A DNA stretch of 64,000 bases, from assembly GCA_964355175.1 (NCBI GenBank), contig CAYHBZ010000002.1:204537-268536 (forward strand). The letters run 5' to 3'. This document shows positions 39,325 to 50,250 of the stretch, in pieces. This DNA is from an uncultured Gammaproteobacteria bacterium. Lineage in GTDB: Bacteria; Patescibacteriota; Patescibacteriia; Magasanikbacterales; GWA2-37-8. Each line of letters starts with the position of its first letter. Within the stretch, counting starts at the first letter, position 1. Position numbers and translations under genes: made by a program. The notes under the pieces are model-generated. The model was not told the origin of the DNA and did no database searches. It saw only the letters and a list, made by a program, of their open reading frames with translations.

Positions 39325-42165
39325 ATGCAAAAAAATAATCACGATAAACTCATTATCAAGGGTGCCCGTGTGCACAATCTCAAAAATATCAGTATTGAGA
39401 TTCCAAAAAATAAATTGGTGGTTTTGACCGGTCTTTCCGGCTCCGGTAAATCTTCGCTCGCTTTTGATACCATCTATGCTGAGGGTCAGCGTCGTTATGC
39501 GGAGTCGCTGTCGGCCTACGCGCGTCAATTTATGGATGTGCAGGATAAGCCGGCCGTGGACTCTATTGATGGCTTGTCGCCAACTATCGCGATTGATCAG
39601 AAAATTTCCACCCAAAATCCTAGATCGACCGTAGGTACTACTACGGAGATTTATGATTATATGCGCTTGTTGTTCGCTCGTGCCGGTACGCAATACTGTC
39701 CGGATTGTCACGAAGTGGCGCAATCCAACACCACCGGTGAAATCGTGGAACAGGCCAGAAAATTGGCGCGCACCAGTGCCCCGGTTTTAATTTTGTGTCC
39801 TTTGGTTCGTAATAATGTGGTAGATTTGAAAAGCGCACTCGAAATAGTAGAACGCTCTGGCTATGATACTGTGCGTCTAGATGGCAAATCTCTCAAAATT
39901 CATGATTTGATAAAATGTCATTTTGAACCAAATGAAAAACACGACTTGGAAATAATCGTGGGCAAAATAGCCGATGTCAAAAAGGATGATCCTTTCAAGG
40001 CTGTGAATATAGCGATTGATTTGAGTAATGGTAGCTGTGTGCTTTCGGCCGATGGGGATGATCATTTCTTTACCACTTTTGCTTATTGCAGTAAGTGCGG
40101 CCGCAAGATGCCGGAATTGGATGTGCGCAGTTTTAGTTTTAATAGTCCGTTTGGGGCTTGTCCGCGCTGTACCGGTTTGGGTGTCACTATGGAAGTGGAC
40201 GCGGAGCTCGTGATGCCAAATACCAGACTGTCTTTGTCTGAAGGAGCGATTCAGCCTTGGATGCGTATTACCGGTAATCAAGTTTGGTATACCAAATTAT
40301 TGCACGCCGTCGCCGCTAAACAAAATTTTTCTCTGGATTTGCCGGTGGCTGATTTGCCTTCGCGCGTGCTTGATATGATTTTATATGGTACCGGTAGTGA
40401 TATATATGAGATTGAAAATAAAAAAGTTAGTTTTAGTGGGGTAGTGTCGGATCTGCTCAAGCGCCATCTCGAAACCACTTCGGAATATGTGCGCAAAGAG
40501 ATCGAGCAATATATGCGCGAAAAGACTTGTCCGGTTTGTCAGGGCAAGCGTTTGCGTCAGGAATCGCTATGGGTAAAAATTAAGGATTTTAATGTCGCTG
40601 ATTTGTCGGCTCTGAGTATTGATGAAGATATAGAGATGTTAAAAAAATACGAAGACAATGATAAAAATAAAGATAATATTAAAGGAAAGATTTTTGAAAC
40701 TATAATAAAAGAATTAAAACCGCGTTTGCGTAATTTGTCGCAAGTTGGTTTGGGCTATTTGAGTCTGGACCGCTCTATGAATACACTGTCGGGCGGTGAA
40801 GTGACCCGTGTGCGTCTGGCTACCCAGTTGTCTTCGGGATTGACGGGAGTTATTTATGTATTGGATGAACCATCGGTTGGTCTGCATTCTCGCGATAATG
40901 AAAAATTGATTTCTACTCTGAAATATTTGCGTGATTTGGGAAATAGCGTGCTCGTCGTAGAGCATGACAGCGCGATGATGGCCGCGGCTGATTATCTGAT
41001 TGATGTTGGTCCTGGTGCTGGAATTTATGGCGGTAAAATTATTGCCGAAGGTACTTATGAACAGATAAAGAAAAATAAAAATTCTCTTACCGGCGCGTAT
41101 CTCAGCGGTCGTGAATCAATTTATGAAAAACCGACCAAAGCTAAAGTCGCCAAAGACGCGGCTGATAAAAAGAATAAAAAAGAAAAGTTTCTGTCTTTGA
41201 TTGGCGCCTCGGCTTTTAATTTAAAAAATATTTCGGTGGATATTCCTCTCAATAAGACCGTGTGCGTGACGGGTGTTTCCGGTTCCGGTAAATCAACCTT
41301 GGTTATCAATATTTTGGCCGCGGCTTTGAACAAACATTTTTTCCGCAGTAAAGAAGAGCCGGGAGCTTATAAAGAAATAAAAGGTTTGGAAAATATTGAT
41401 AAAGTAATTTCAATTGATCAAGTGCCAATTGGGCGCACGCCGCGCTCCAATCCGGCTACATATACCGGTATTTTCACTTTGATTCGTGATTTATTTTCGG
41501 CATTGCCAGAAGCACGCATGCGCGGCTATGATGCCGGTAAATTTAGTTTCAATGTCAAAGGCGGCGGTCGTTGTGAAGCTTGTGCCGGCGAAGGCTATGT
41601 GCGCATTCCGATGCAATTTTTGGCGGATGTGTTTATGACCTGTAATGAATGTAATGGTACGCGATATAATCAAGAAGTGTTGGAAGTGCATTATCTAGAT
41701 AAAAATATTGCCGAGGTTTTGGGCATGACCGTAGAAGAAGCCTATAAATTTTTTAGCGCTGTGCCGACTTTGGCAGAAAAATTAAATATTTTACGTAATG
41801 TCGGTTTGGGTTATTTGGCTTTGGGTCAGCCGGCCACCACTTTGTCTGGCGGTGAAGCTCAGCGTATCAAGCTCGCTACCGAATTGGCGCGAGTTTCTAC
41901 CGGTAATACTTTATATATTTTGGATGAGCCTACCACTGGTTTGCATTTTGAAGATATTAAAAGATTGCTCGCGGTATTGAAACAACTTTCCGATAAAGGT
42001 AATACCGTGCTGATCATCGAACATAATACCGATGTGATAAAATCTTGTGATTGGGTAATCGAGCTTGGTCCTGAGGGTGGTAAAGGTGGCGGTGAATTGG
42101 TGTTTGCCGGTTTGCCGGAAGATCTAAAGAAAAGTAAAAATAGTTGGACTGCGAAGTATCTGTAA
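39325..42165 (+). CDS. uvrA: excinuclease ABC subunit A
   Basis: two ABC ATPase modules, zinc fingers, LSGGE signatures; 946 aa. Confidence 0.92.
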   Translation: MQKNNHDKLIIKGARVHNLKNISIEIPKNKLVVLTGLSGSGKSSLAFDTIYAEGQRRYAESLSAYARQFMDVQDKPAVDSIDGLSPTIAIDQKISTQNPRSTVGTTTEIYDYMRLLFARAGTQYCPDCHEVAQSNTTGEIVEQARKLARTSAPVLILCPLVRNNVVDLKSALEIVERSGYDTVRLDGKSLKIHDLIKCHFEPNEKHDLEIIVGKIADVKKDDPFKAVNIAIDLSNGSCVLSADGDDHFFTTFAYCSKCGRKMPELDVRSFSFNSPFGACPRCTGLGVTMEVDAELVMPNTRLSLSEGAIQPWMRITGNQVWYTKLLHAVAAKQNFSLDLPVADLPSRVLDMILYGTGSDIYEIENKKVSFSGVVSDLLKRHLETTSEYVRKEIEQYMREKTCPVCQGKRLRQESLWVKIKDFNVADLSALSIDEDIEMLKKYEDNDKNKDNIKGKIFETIIKELKPRLRNLSQVGLGYLSLDRSMNTLSGGEVTRVRLATQLSSGLTGVIYVLDEPSVGLHSRDNEKLISTLKYLRDLGNSVLVVEHDSAMMAAADYLIDVGPGAGIYGGKIIAEGTYEQIKKNKNSLTGAYLSGRESIYEKPTKAKVAKDAADKKNKKEKFLSLIGASAFNLKNISVDIPLNKTVCVTGVSGSGKSTLVINILAAALNKHFFRSKEEPGAYKEIKGLENIDKVISIDQVPIGRTPRSNPATYTGIFTLIRDLFSALPEARMRGYDAGKFSFNVKGGGRCEACAGEGYVRIPMQFLADVFMTCNECNGTRYNQEVLEVHYLDKNIAEVLGMTVEEAYKFFSAVPTLAEKLNILRNVGLGYLALGQPATTLSGGEAQRIKLATELARVSTGNTLYILDEPTTGLHFEDIKRLLAVLKQLSDKGNTVLIIEHNTDVIKSCDWVIELGPEGGKGGGELVFAGLPEDLKKSKNSWTAKYL

Positions 42166-42174
42166 TCACAAAAA

Positions 42175-42210
42175 TAAAAAAATCCCTCTTAAATAAGAGG
42201 GATTTTTGTT
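42175..42210. terminator. bidirectional terminator AAATCCCTCTTAAATAAGAGGGATTT
   Basis: hairpin with A- and T-runs between convergent uvrA and rplS. Confidence 0.7.
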
Positions 42211-42215
42211 TAATT

Positions 42216-42566
42216 TTATTTCTTTACTTCTTTCTTTTTCACGTCGCTTAGTTTGCGTTTGAAGTCTTTGTTGCGGAGGTAGTTGAGGCGAGCGCGGCGC
42301 ACTGCCAATTGTTTTACTACTTCGATCTTTTCTACTACTGGAGAGTAAATAGGGAAGATTTTTTCTACGCCGATACCTTCAGAAACTTTGCGAACAGTGA
42401 TGGTAGAGCCGGTTTCGTTTCCATGACGAGCGGCGATAATAGTGCCTTCGTAGATCTGGACACGTTCTTTTTCTTCACCTTTGGTGTTGGTTTCTTTAAT
42501 TTTTTGGTGAACTTTTACCACCATGCCCGGCTTGTAGATCATAGCCGTTTTAGTATTTTCAGTCAT
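42216..42566 (-). CDS. rplS: 50S ribosomal protein L19
   Basis: [27 protein letters not shown] signature. Confidence 0.85.
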   Translation of the reverse strand: MTENTKTAMIYKPGMVVKVHQKIKETNTKGEEKERVQIYEGTIIAARHGNETGSTITVRKVSEGIGVEKIFPIYSPVVEKIEVVKQLAVRRARLNYLRNKDFKRKLSDVKKKEVKK

Positions 42567-42639
42567 AAGATTATTTTAGCTTTTAACAGTGGGCTTATTT
42601 TAGCCGATTTTTTTGATTTTGTCAATATCTCTGGGTCGA

Positions 42640-43209
42640 TTAACCTTTTTTGTGGTAAGAAGTGATAATTTTGGCTACGTTGTCAATAGTTTCGTCCAAA
42701 TTCCCGGCCTGGTTCACTACCTGAAATTGGTATTCATCGGCCGCCTGAATCTCTTTTTTGGCAGTTTCTAGGCGCAGAGCCAGCTCGGCTTCGTTCACGC
42801 CACCGCGATTGAGGATGCGCTTTTTGAGGTCATCTAAATTGTTTGGAACCAAAAATATGGATAAATTTTCTATGCCGGACTCAGTGTAATTGCGTCGTCC
42901 TTGGATATCCACATTGGAGAACACAACATCAAAATTTTGTAATTTATTTTCTAGTTCGGATTTTTGTACGCCATAATAATTTTCGGCATAGGTGGCGTAT
43001 TCCATCATCTCGCCATTTTTTATTTTATTTTCAAAATCAGCTCGGCTGATGAAATAATAAGTCGTACCTTCGCTGTCTTCGGGGCGAGGCGATCGGGTGG
43101 TGGTGGTGACCAATTTGGCCGAGTGCGGAATTATTTTTATCAATTCACGAATTACGGCGTCTTTGCCGCCGCCCGATGGTGAAGAAATGATGACAAATAA
43201 TCCGGCCAT
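42640..43209 (-). CDS. gmk: guanylate kinase
   Basis: P-loop SSPSGGGKD, TTTRSPRPEDSEGTTYYF, YGVQ motif. Confidence 0.8.
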   Translation of the reverse strand: MAGLFVIISSPSGGGKDAVIRELIKIIPHSAKLVTTTTRSPRPEDSEGTTYYFISRADFENKIKNGEMMEYATYAENYYGVQKSELENKLQNFDVVFSNVDIQGRRNYTESGIENLSIFLVPNNLDDLKKRILNRGGVNEAELALRLETAKKEIQAADEYQFQVVNQAGNLDETIDNVAKIITSYHKKG

Positions 43210-43210
43210 A

Positions 43211-44176
43211 TTATTTTAGCAAAAGCAAAAAGTCAGCGAGTGGTTTTGGTAGAGTAGATTGGAATTCTTGTCGGTCGCCGTCGAGGTCCACAAAAGCCAA
43301 TCGGACACAATGTAAAAATAATCGTCCGCAAACTTTGTCCCAGCGGTCTTTGCGTTTTTTCTGAAAGTATAAAGGGTCGCCCACGACCGGGTGATTGTAG
43401 GCCAAAAGATGGGCGCGAATTTGGTGCATGCGACCGGTATGAATTTTTACTTTGAGCAGAGTGAAATTAATAAAACGTTTTTCTACATCAAAGTCGGTGA
43501 GGGCTTCTTTGCCCAAAGTATTTACTCGGCCATATTCAGTGGCGGGCAGAGCAGACATTCTTTCCACATTACGGCCACGTTCGAGCGGGAAATTGATACT
43601 ATCAAAATCTTTGCTCGTTTTTCCGTGGGCCAATACGAGGTATTCTTTTTCTACGGTACGGTTTTTAAATTGATCTTTGAGGTGTTCAAACATTTTTTGG
43701 GTGCGGGCTACCACCAAAAGACCGGAAGCTTCTTTATCGAGGCGGTGCACGATGCCGGGACGCTTGGGATCGTCGCCGACTTTTTTTAAACCAGGATATT
43801 TTTTGGCCAGCATACTAGCCAATGAATCCGGTTCATTTTTGTCGGTAGAGTGGGTGAGTAGGCCGTAAGGTTTTTCTACCACCAGATAATCCGGAGTTTC
43901 TTTAATAATATTAATATGGAATTTTTCTTTTTTTACTTTCTCCTCTTTAACGGTAAGTTTTTTTTCTGGCTCAGCTTTGTTTACTATTACTTTGTCGGTG
44001 GCGCGGATAGAGCCGCCGGTTTTGGTGACTATTTTTCCATTTACAGTTACTTGGGCGTTATCAATTAATTTTTTTATTTGTGAACGCGAAATTTTTAGTT
44101 TGGCGGATAAAAAAAGATCGAGGCGTTGTGAAGGCATGGCTTTCTGCTCGTGATTTTTTTTGGCAATTTTTTTCAT
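43211..44176 (-). CDS. rluD: RluA-family 23S rRNA pseudouridine synthase (RluD-like) with S4 domain
   Basis: S4 RNA-binding N-term, HRLDKEASGLLVVA catalytic motif. Confidence 0.8.
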   Translation of the reverse strand: MKKIAKKNHEQKAMPSQRLDLFLSAKLKISRSQIKKLIDNAQVTVNGKIVTKTGGSIRATDKVIVNKAEPEKKLTVKEEKVKKEKFHINIIKETPDYLVVEKPYGLLTHSTDKNEPDSLASMLAKKYPGLKKVGDDPKRPGIVHRLDKEASGLLVVARTQKMFEHLKDQFKNRTVEKEYLVLAHGKTSKDFDSINFPLERGRNVERMSALPATEYGRVNTLGKEALTDFDVEKRFINFTLLKVKIHTGRMHQIRAHLLAYNHPVVGDPLYFQKKRKDRWDKVCGRLFLHCVRLAFVDLDGDRQEFQSTLPKPLADFLLLLK

Positions 44177-44761
44177 TTAGATAGATAGTTTGATCCGTGG
44201 AGGAGCAGGTCTCATCCCTCCTTTTGGTAAATTGGAAATAAGAGGATTATTTTTATTTCTAATGGAGCTGGCAATGCCGCCGGAAGCTTGAATTGTTTGA
44301 CCGGCCGAGATCATCCTGGTCTGATCGCCGATCTGACTGACCTTGGCCGATTTCTGTATGCCGGCAATTGAGGTGACGCCATGCGATTGGATGTCATCTT
44401 CGGCGCGAATTATTTCGCGGCGAATCACCGGTTTCATCAGGTGGTGGCTGAGTTTTTTTACAGCTTCGTGTTCGGTGGCACTGAGGTGTTCGCCTTTCAT
44501 CGCCGCTTCGTGACTGATTTTGTGCATCATATTTTCGGCCTGATGTTTGGACAGACCGCCGCGTCGAATTAGGTGCTGATTTTTTAGAACTATAGAATTT
44601 ATGGCTTCTACCGCTATTTTATTTTCCCTTAGCGTGCCCATGCCGTGATAATTATTATTGATGGCACTGTGAAGTTTGCCGGCAAAGCCGGAAGTATTTT
44701 TAGCATGAAATGACAAGCCTGGTTTGGCGGTAGATGTATTGAAATGTTCTAAAATTGACAT
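44177..44761 (-). CDS. hypothetical His/Lys-rich protein
   Basis: ORF abuts rluD; start trimmed to MSILEHFN to avoid tRNA overlap. Confidence 0.35.
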   Translation of the reverse strand: MSILEHFNTSTAKPGLSFHAKNTSGFAGKLHSAINNNYHGMGTLRENKIAVEAINSIVLKNQHLIRRGGLSKHQAENMMHKISHEAAMKGEHLSATEHEAVKKLSHHLMKPVIRREIIRAEDDIQSHGVTSIAGIQKSAKVSQIGDQTRMISAGQTIQASGGIASSIRNKNNPLISNLPKGGMRPAPPRIKLSI

Positions 44762-44776
44762 ATATAAAAAATATTG

Positions 44777-44849
44777 TGCGCCCAGATGGGATTGAACCAT
44801 CGACCTATTGCTTATAAGACAATTGCTCTAACCACTGAGCTATGGGCGC
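44777..44849 (-). tRNA. tRNA-Ile (anticodon UAU)
   Basis: hand-folded: acceptor GCGCCCA/TGGGCGC, D-arm TAGCTCAGTGGTTAGAGCA, anticodon loop CTTATAA, T-arm GGTCGATGGTTCAATCCCATC. Confidence 0.75.
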
Positions 44850-45514
44850 GTTTTAATGTAGTTATCTCTAATTGATTTCAAGGCCATCATTACTTTTTCA
44901 TTTAATCTTGCGTCACCAATTTTCACATTACAAGTACCATGTCCGAAACCACCTTTATGAGTTATGTTTTTTAATAAAGTTTTTTTAATATATGGTTTTA
45001 CAAATTGTTTTGTTGGGATGTTTAGAGTTTCCGACCAATAATTAGTTTCTGTTTCTATTTTCATATCTTCGTATAAGTGAAGATATACTTTTAATTCTGT
45101 TTTTGGGACATTCAAAATTGTTGTAAGCCAAATAATAAAAAATTTTATTAAAGCAGGGTCGGTATTCGACATATTTAAATCAGCAGTGTGTGTTTTTGTA
45201 CCTTCTCCCCAATATAGAAATAGACCGCACAGATATAGAGCCTTTTTTTGTATAGGAAAGATATTCTTTTTCTCAATTAAATAAGTATTTTTTAATCGAG
45301 CATCCCTTTTGGCCTTCATTGTTTCTCGAAATCTTTCAATCCTTAATTCGTTCGTGTCTCTTAATTCCCGGATGCGTTCTTTGGACAAAGGGTATTCTCT
45401 GAGCCAATAACTTAGTGTGCCTTTACTGACATTTAGTTTATTTTTTATTTGACTATAGCTCATTCCTTCTTTTCTTAGGTCCATAGCCATTTTTCGTTTT
45501 ATACCTAGAGACAT
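44840..45514 (-). CDS. HTH-domain protein with LAGLIDADG-like motif (possible degenerate homing-endonuclease-like protein)
   Basis: N-terminal HTH (MSYSQIKNKLNVSKGTLSYWLREY), central LYLCGLFLYWGEGTK resembles LAGLIDADG motif; 3' end overlaps tRNA-Ile by about 10 nt. Confidence 0.4.
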   Translation of the reverse strand: MSLGIKRKMAMDLRKEGMSYSQIKNKLNVSKGTLSYWLREYPLSKERIRELRDTNELRIERFRETMKAKRDARLKNTYLIEKKNIFPIQKKALYLCGLFLYWGEGTKTHTADLNMSNTDPALIKFFIIWLTTILNVPKTELKVYLHLYEDMKIETETNYWSETLNIPTKQFVKPYIKKTLLKNITHKGGFGHGTCNVKIGDARLNEKVMMALKSIRDNYIKTRP

Positions 45515-45670
45515 AATTGAACTATCAATATTAATGAATTATTAGTATTCATTAGTTCATTTTACCACATTAATTTTGAAAGAACAAGAAGTTGTAGGGG
45601 CATTATACCAGTTTTGAGCAAAAATTCAAGGGTTGCCAAGCGGGTGGAAAATTGGTAAAATTAGAGCACT

Positions 45671-46204
45671 ATGAATTGGAATACGAAGTTATTTTTGAAG
45701 ATTAACACCCTGGTAGGCAAGAATCGCTGGCTGGATGCTTTTGGGCGTGCCGGAGCGGAATGGGTGATCATTGGAATGGGTGGTTGGTATGTGGCGATTA
45801 GTTTTATTTTGCATTACGGCAATCCTTATCTGATGTGGCTGCCAATTTTTACCCTGGCCGGTGCCGAATTGGTCGGATTATTTTTCAGTAACATGATTGG
45901 TCTGATCGTGCATGAAGTACGTCCTCGCTTAAGTATTCCTGAGATCAAAATTTTATTTATGCCGGCGTCTTTATGGAAATCTTTTCCATCCGATCACGCG
46001 ATGTCGGCGTTTTTGATTTTTTTAATGGCAATTATTTTCGGGTTTCCGACCGCGCTTGGACTTTTACCTCTGGTACTGTGGGTTTGCTGGGGTAGAGTTT
46101 ATAGCGGCGTGCATTATCCCGGCGATATTTTGGGCGGGCTGACTTTGGCGGCCTTTGTATCGGTCTTGGCCTGCGCGGTTTTATTGCGTTTTAATTTTAT
46201 TTAA
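45671..46204 (+). CDS. PAP2-family membrane phosphatase (undecaprenyl-diphosphatase-like)
   Basis: PAP2 motifs: KxxxxxxRP (HEVRPRL), PSDH (SFPSDHAMS), SGVHYPGD. Confidence 0.75.
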   Translation: MNWNTKLFLKINTLVGKNRWLDAFGRAGAEWVIIGMGGWYVAISFILHYGNPYLMWLPIFTLAGAELVGLFFSNMIGLIVHEVRPRLSIPEIKILFMPASLWKSFPSDHAMSAFLIFLMAIIFGFPTALGLLPLVLWVCWGRVYSGVHYPGDILGGLTLAAFVSVLACAVLLRFNFI

Positions 46205-46205
46205 T

Positions 46206-46898
46206 ATGAAAGCGATTATTTTGGCCGGAGGACTGGGTACACGGTTGCGTCCTTTGACGGATAATACACCAAAACCATTATTACCGGTAAAAGGAAAACC
46301 AATAATTGAGCACGCGATTTTGAATTTTAAAAAACACGGAATTGAAGATATTATTTTGTCGATTGGCTATAAGGCCGATATTATCAAAGAATATTTTGGT
46401 GATGGCAGTAAATACGGAGTAAAGATTAGTTATTGTATTGAAGATCAGCCGATGGGTACTGGCGGTGCTTTGAAAATGGCCTCGGCCGGGATAGATGAAA
46501 CTTTCGTAGCTATCAATGGTGATAATTTGGCGGACTTTGATTGGACAGCGGCGATTGAAACTCATAAGAAAAATAATGCCAAAGTGACTCTGCAACTTTT
46601 TCCGGTGGAGGATGTGACCAAGTTTGGTATCGCTCGTTTGGATGATGGCCGAATTATAGAATTTATTGAAAAGCCGACAGTAGAGCAGGCACCGTCCAAT
46701 CTCAATAATGCGGGCGGGTATATTTTGGAGCCGGAAGTTTTGGCTGTTTTGTCAGATGGGTTTTGTATGATTGAGAGGGATTGTTTTGAGAAGTTGGCGG
46801 CGACTGGCGTGGTGTATGCGCATCATCATATTGGGCAGTGGTTTCCGACGGATACGATTGAGAAATATTCTTTGGCTGACAGGGAGTTTAATCCATAG
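46206..46898 (+). CDS. sugar-phosphate nucleotidyltransferase (mannose-1-P guanylyl / glucose-1-P thymidylyl-transferase-like)
   Basis: MKAIILAGGLGTRLRPLT signature; start at internal Met of ORF. Confidence 0.75.
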   Translation: MKAIILAGGLGTRLRPLTDNTPKPLLPVKGKPIIEHAILNFKKHGIEDIILSIGYKADIIKEYFGDGSKYGVKISYCIEDQPMGTGGALKMASAGIDETFVAINGDNLADFDWTAAIETHKKNNAKVTLQLFPVEDVTKFGIARLDDGRIIEFIEKPTVEQAPSNLNNAGGYILEPEVLAVLSDGFCMIERDCFEKLAATGVVYAHHHIGQWFPTDTIEKYSLADREFNP

Positions 46899-46930
46899 TT
46901 TCGTCGGCCGTAAATATCTGCCTGTTCTCT

Positions 46931-47041
46931 CACTGTGAAAATATTTGAATAATTTGCAACTCCCTGAGCCTCTGGCCGTGAACTCGTCGCTTGGCTCCTC
47001 AGACAGCACGGCCAGCCACGGCTCTGGGACTCACAAATTAT
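46931..47041 (+). repeat. about 110-nt interspersed structured repeat, copy 2
   Basis: homologous to 25122-25230; stem CTGGCCGTG ... CACGGCCAG carries compensatory changes relative to copy 1. Confidence 0.6.
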
Positions 47042-47117
47042 AGTCGAATATTTTCAGCGGTTCGTTCGGAAAGATTATCTACGGCCTCCTCTAAGTTTTT
47101 AAATTTAATATAGATAA

Positions 47118-47996
47118 ATGGAATTCTTTTTTCAGAAATATAAATTTCTTTTAGTGCCTGTCGTATTAGCCATCTTTCTATTTGGAGGATTATTTTTGTT
47201 TTATCAGCGCTCTCATCCGAAGAGAACGATGATACCGTCGCGTCCGGAAATTACTTTGACTATTATTCCGGGTTGGAATTTGCGTCAGGTGGCGGATTAT
47301 TTGGTGCTCAAGGGAGTGGCGACCAGTACGGAGGCGGTATATGCGATTACCGGTGAACCTGCGTATTATTATGATTGGAAAAATGATTATCCATTAATAA
47401 TAAATAAAAAATATCGATTGGAAATGGCACACGATCAAAGTTACGAGGGATTTTTGGCACCGGAAACTTATAGAGTATTTGCCGATGCTAAATTAGTAGA
47501 TGTTATTGAGAAATTTTACGCGCACAGAGACAGCGAATTTACCGATGATTTATTATACAATCAAATTAGCAATTTGAAATATGTGAAATCTAATAAATGG
47601 TTTATCCAAGTAGGAAAGGTGCTCACGGTGGCTAGTATTGTAGAAAAAGAAACTAAACACGATGCCGATCGAGCGCTTGTTGCCGATATTCTATGGCGTC
47701 GTTTGCAGAAAAATTGGGCACTACAAGTGGATTCGTCGGTGCATTATGCGGTGGATAGGACGGGTGATGTTTTTACTACCAGCAAAGAGCGACAAATTGA
47801 TTCTCTTTGGAATACTTATAAATATCCAGGCTTGCCACCAGGACCGATTTGCAATCCTTCGATTGAGTCTATAAAGGCTACCATTAATCCCAGTCCTAAT
47901 GACTATTGGTATTTTCTCAGTGATATGGATGGCAATATGCATTACGCTAGTACGCTAGAACAACACAATCAAAATAAATATAAATATCTTAGATAA
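47118..47996 (+). CDS. mltG: endolytic murein transglycosylase MltG/YceG family
   Basis: N-terminal TM, YceG-like motifs (LTVASIVEKE, YPGLPPGPICNPS). Confidence 0.7.
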   Translation: MEFFFQKYKFLLVPVVLAIFLFGGLFLFYQRSHPKRTMIPSRPEITLTIIPGWNLRQVADYLVLKGVATSTEAVYAITGEPAYYYDWKNDYPLIINKKYRLEMAHDQSYEGFLAPETYRVFADAKLVDVIEKFYAHRDSEFTDDLLYNQISNLKYVKSNKWFIQVGKVLTVASIVEKETKHDADRALVADILWRRLQKNWALQVDSSVHYAVDRTGDVFTTSKERQIDSLWNTYKYPGLPPGPICNPSIESIKATINPSPNDYWYFLSDMDGNMHYASTLEQHNQNKYKYLR

Positions 47997-48021
47997 AATT
48001 TTTGAGAGATATATAAAAAAT

Positions 48022-49119
48022 ATGAAAACTTCGGATTTTGATTACAATTTACCGACAGATTTAATCGCTCAAACACCGGTGGAGCCGCGTGATTCTTCGC
48101 GCCTGATGGTGGTGGATAGAGATACTCATCAGATGAAGGAGCAAAAATTTTTGGATATCATAAATTTTTTACAAGAAGGGGATCTGCTCGTATGGAATAA
48201 TTCCAAAGTTTTCAAAGCGCGTTTGCGCGGCACATTGGTGTTGGATGAAACTACATCGGACACAAAAATTCCGGCCAATGCCACGGATAAAATTCTCAAT
48301 GCCGCGACAGTAGAAATATTTTTGGTGCGTCCAATGGAAAATCCGGGAGTGTGGAAAGCGCTGGCCAAGCCGGGTAGAAAATTACGCCTGGGAATAAAAA
48401 TAATTTTTGCCAAAGATTTTGCGGCCGAAGTAATTTCCAAAGAAAATGACGGGACATTTTTGTTGCAATTCAATGAAGACGATATGGAAGTGCGCGCCAA
48501 AGCGAATCAGTATGGCGAAGTGCCGACTCCGCCGTATATCAAAAGCCAACAATTGGCCAATCTGGATAAGCGCTATCAGACGGTATATGCCAAACACGAA
48601 GGCTCGGTAGCCGCACCGACAGCCGGATTTCATTTCACTCCGGAGCTTATAGAAAAACTAGAAAAAAAAGGAGTGCAATTTGCCGAGGTGACATTACATG
48701 TGGGGCTGGGGACATTTTTGCCAGTAAAGACCGACGCCGTAGAGGATCATAAAATGCACAGTGAGTGGGTAGAGCTTTCCGATAAAAATGCCCACTTAAT
48801 AAATAACGCCAAAGCTGAGGGGCGGCGCGTGATCGCGGTGGGTACTACTACTGTGCGCACACTCGAAGGCTTGGCGATGAAATTTGGCAAAGGAGAGCTC
48901 GAGCCATATCAGGGCGACATAAATATTTTTATTACCCCTGGATTTAAATTCAAAATTATTGACGCGCTCATTACTAATTTTCATCTTCCTCAGTCCACAC
49001 TTCTCATGCTTGTTTCTGCTTTTGTGAAAGATAGAGAGTTTATGCTCAAATGCTATGAAGAAGCAGTAAAAGAAAAATATCGTTTTTTTAGTTTCGGTGA
49101 CGCTATGTTGATAAAATAG
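48022..49119 (+). CDS. queA: S-adenosylmethionine:tRNA ribosyltransferase-isomerase
   Basis: MKTSDFDYNLPTDLIAQTPVEPRDSSRLMVV N-terminus and conserved C-terminal region. Confidence 0.85.
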   Translation: MKTSDFDYNLPTDLIAQTPVEPRDSSRLMVVDRDTHQMKEQKFLDIINFLQEGDLLVWNNSKVFKARLRGTLVLDETTSDTKIPANATDKILNAATVEIFLVRPMENPGVWKALAKPGRKLRLGIKIIFAKDFAAEVISKENDGTFLLQFNEDDMEVRAKANQYGEVPTPPYIKSQQLANLDKRYQTVYAKHEGSVAAPTAGFHFTPELIEKLEKKGVQFAEVTLHVGLGTFLPVKTDAVEDHKMHSEWVELSDKNAHLINNAKAEGRRVIAVGTTTVRTLEGLAMKFGKGELEPYQGDINIFITPGFKFKIIDALITNFHLPQSTLLMLVSAFVKDREFMLKCYEEAVKEKYRFFSFGDAMLIK

Positions 49120-49154
49120 AGGTAAAAATATTTTTGTTCCTCTATTTTGAATAA

Positions 49155-49192
49155 TAAAAAAATCCCTCGATTTAACTCGGGGGATTTTTAAT
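49155..49192. terminator. bidirectional terminator ATCCCTCGATTTAACTCGGGGGAT
   Basis: hairpin flanked by A7 and T5 between convergent queA and rplK. Confidence 0.65.
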
Positions 49193-49197
49193 TTGTT

Positions 49198-49620
49198 TTA
49201 TTCGATTACTACACCCATCTGGCGGGCAGTACCTTCTACCATTTTCATTGCGGCCTCAATGCTGTTCACTTTGAGATCCGGCAATTTCTTTTCAGCGATT
49301 TCTTTCAATTGAGCTTTAGTCAATTTGCCAACCTTTTCGCGCAAAGGGTTTCCAGATCCTTTTTCGATTTTGGCGGCTTTTTTGATCAATTCAGAAACCG
49401 GAGCAATCTTCATAATAAAGCTGAAACTGTGATCGGCGTAAACAGTAATTACTACTGGCACGACTTCACCTTTTCTGTCCTGAGTCTTGTCATTGAATTC
49501 TTTACAGAATCCTTGGATGTTGACACCATGCTGACCAAGAGCGGGACCGACTGGAGGCGCAGGGTTAGCGGCTCCACCCATGATTTGTAATTTGATTTGG
49601 GTTAGAACTTTTTTTGCCAT
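49198..49620 (-). CDS. rplK: 50S ribosomal protein L11
   Basis: [28 protein letters not shown] signature. Confidence 0.9.
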   Translation of the reverse strand: MAKKVLTQIKLQIMGGAANPAPPVGPALGQHGVNIQGFCKEFNDKTQDRKGEVVPVVITVYADHSFSFIMKIAPVSELIKKAAKIEKGSGNPLREKVGKLTKAQLKEIAEKKLPDLKVNSIEAAMKMVEGTARQMGVVIE

Positions 49621-49691
49621 ATTATTATAATTATTTGTTAAGTCTCCGAGAAGCGCCTTTGGGGCCGAAGATTTTAACTTTTATATACTAC

Positions 49692-50237
49692 TTAAATTTT
49701 CTTCACTTGTAAAGCGTCGAGCTCGACAGGGGTCTCGCGACCAAACATGGTCACCATGACTTTTACCTTGCCGCGTTCTGGATCCACATGAGATACTTTA
49801 CCTTCAAAATTCTTAAATGGACCATCGGTAATACGCACTACGCTGTTTACTTCCACATCGATCTTGTGAGTAGCGCCTTCACCGGCCGCGCGTTTGATCA
49901 GCTGTTCAACTTCTTTCTGATCGATAGGAGTAGGAGTAGTACCGGATCCGATAAACCCAGTCACATTTGGGGTGTTGCGCACTACATACCAGCTGTCATC
50001 GGTCACAACCATTTCTACCAACACATAACCTGGAAAGATTTTTTCATCCACGGTGGTGCGTTTACCATTTTTGATTTTAATTTTTTGTTCTTTGGGTACC
50101 ATCACGGCAAAGATTTTATCCTGCATCATGAATGATTCCACACGCTGTTCGAGGTTGCGTTTTACATTTTCCTCGTAGCCAGAGTAGGTGTGTAGCACAT
50201 ACCAGCGGCGTCCGAGGTTTAGGGTTTGTTTTGCCAT
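49692..50237 (-). CDS. nusG: transcription termination/antitermination factor NusG
   Basis: NGN domain RWYVLHTYSGYE and KOW motif. Confidence 0.9.
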   Translation of the reverse strand: MAKQTLNLGRRWYVLHTYSGYEENVKRNLEQRVESFMMQDKIFAVMVPKEQKIKIKNGKRTTVDEKIFPGYVLVEMVVTDDSWYVVRNTPNVTGFIGSGTTPTPIDQKEVEQLIKRAAGEGATHKIDVEVNSVVRITDGPFKNFEGKVSHVDPERGKVKVMVTMFGRETPVELDALQVKKI

Positions 50238-50250
50238 AGTAGTACTTTAA

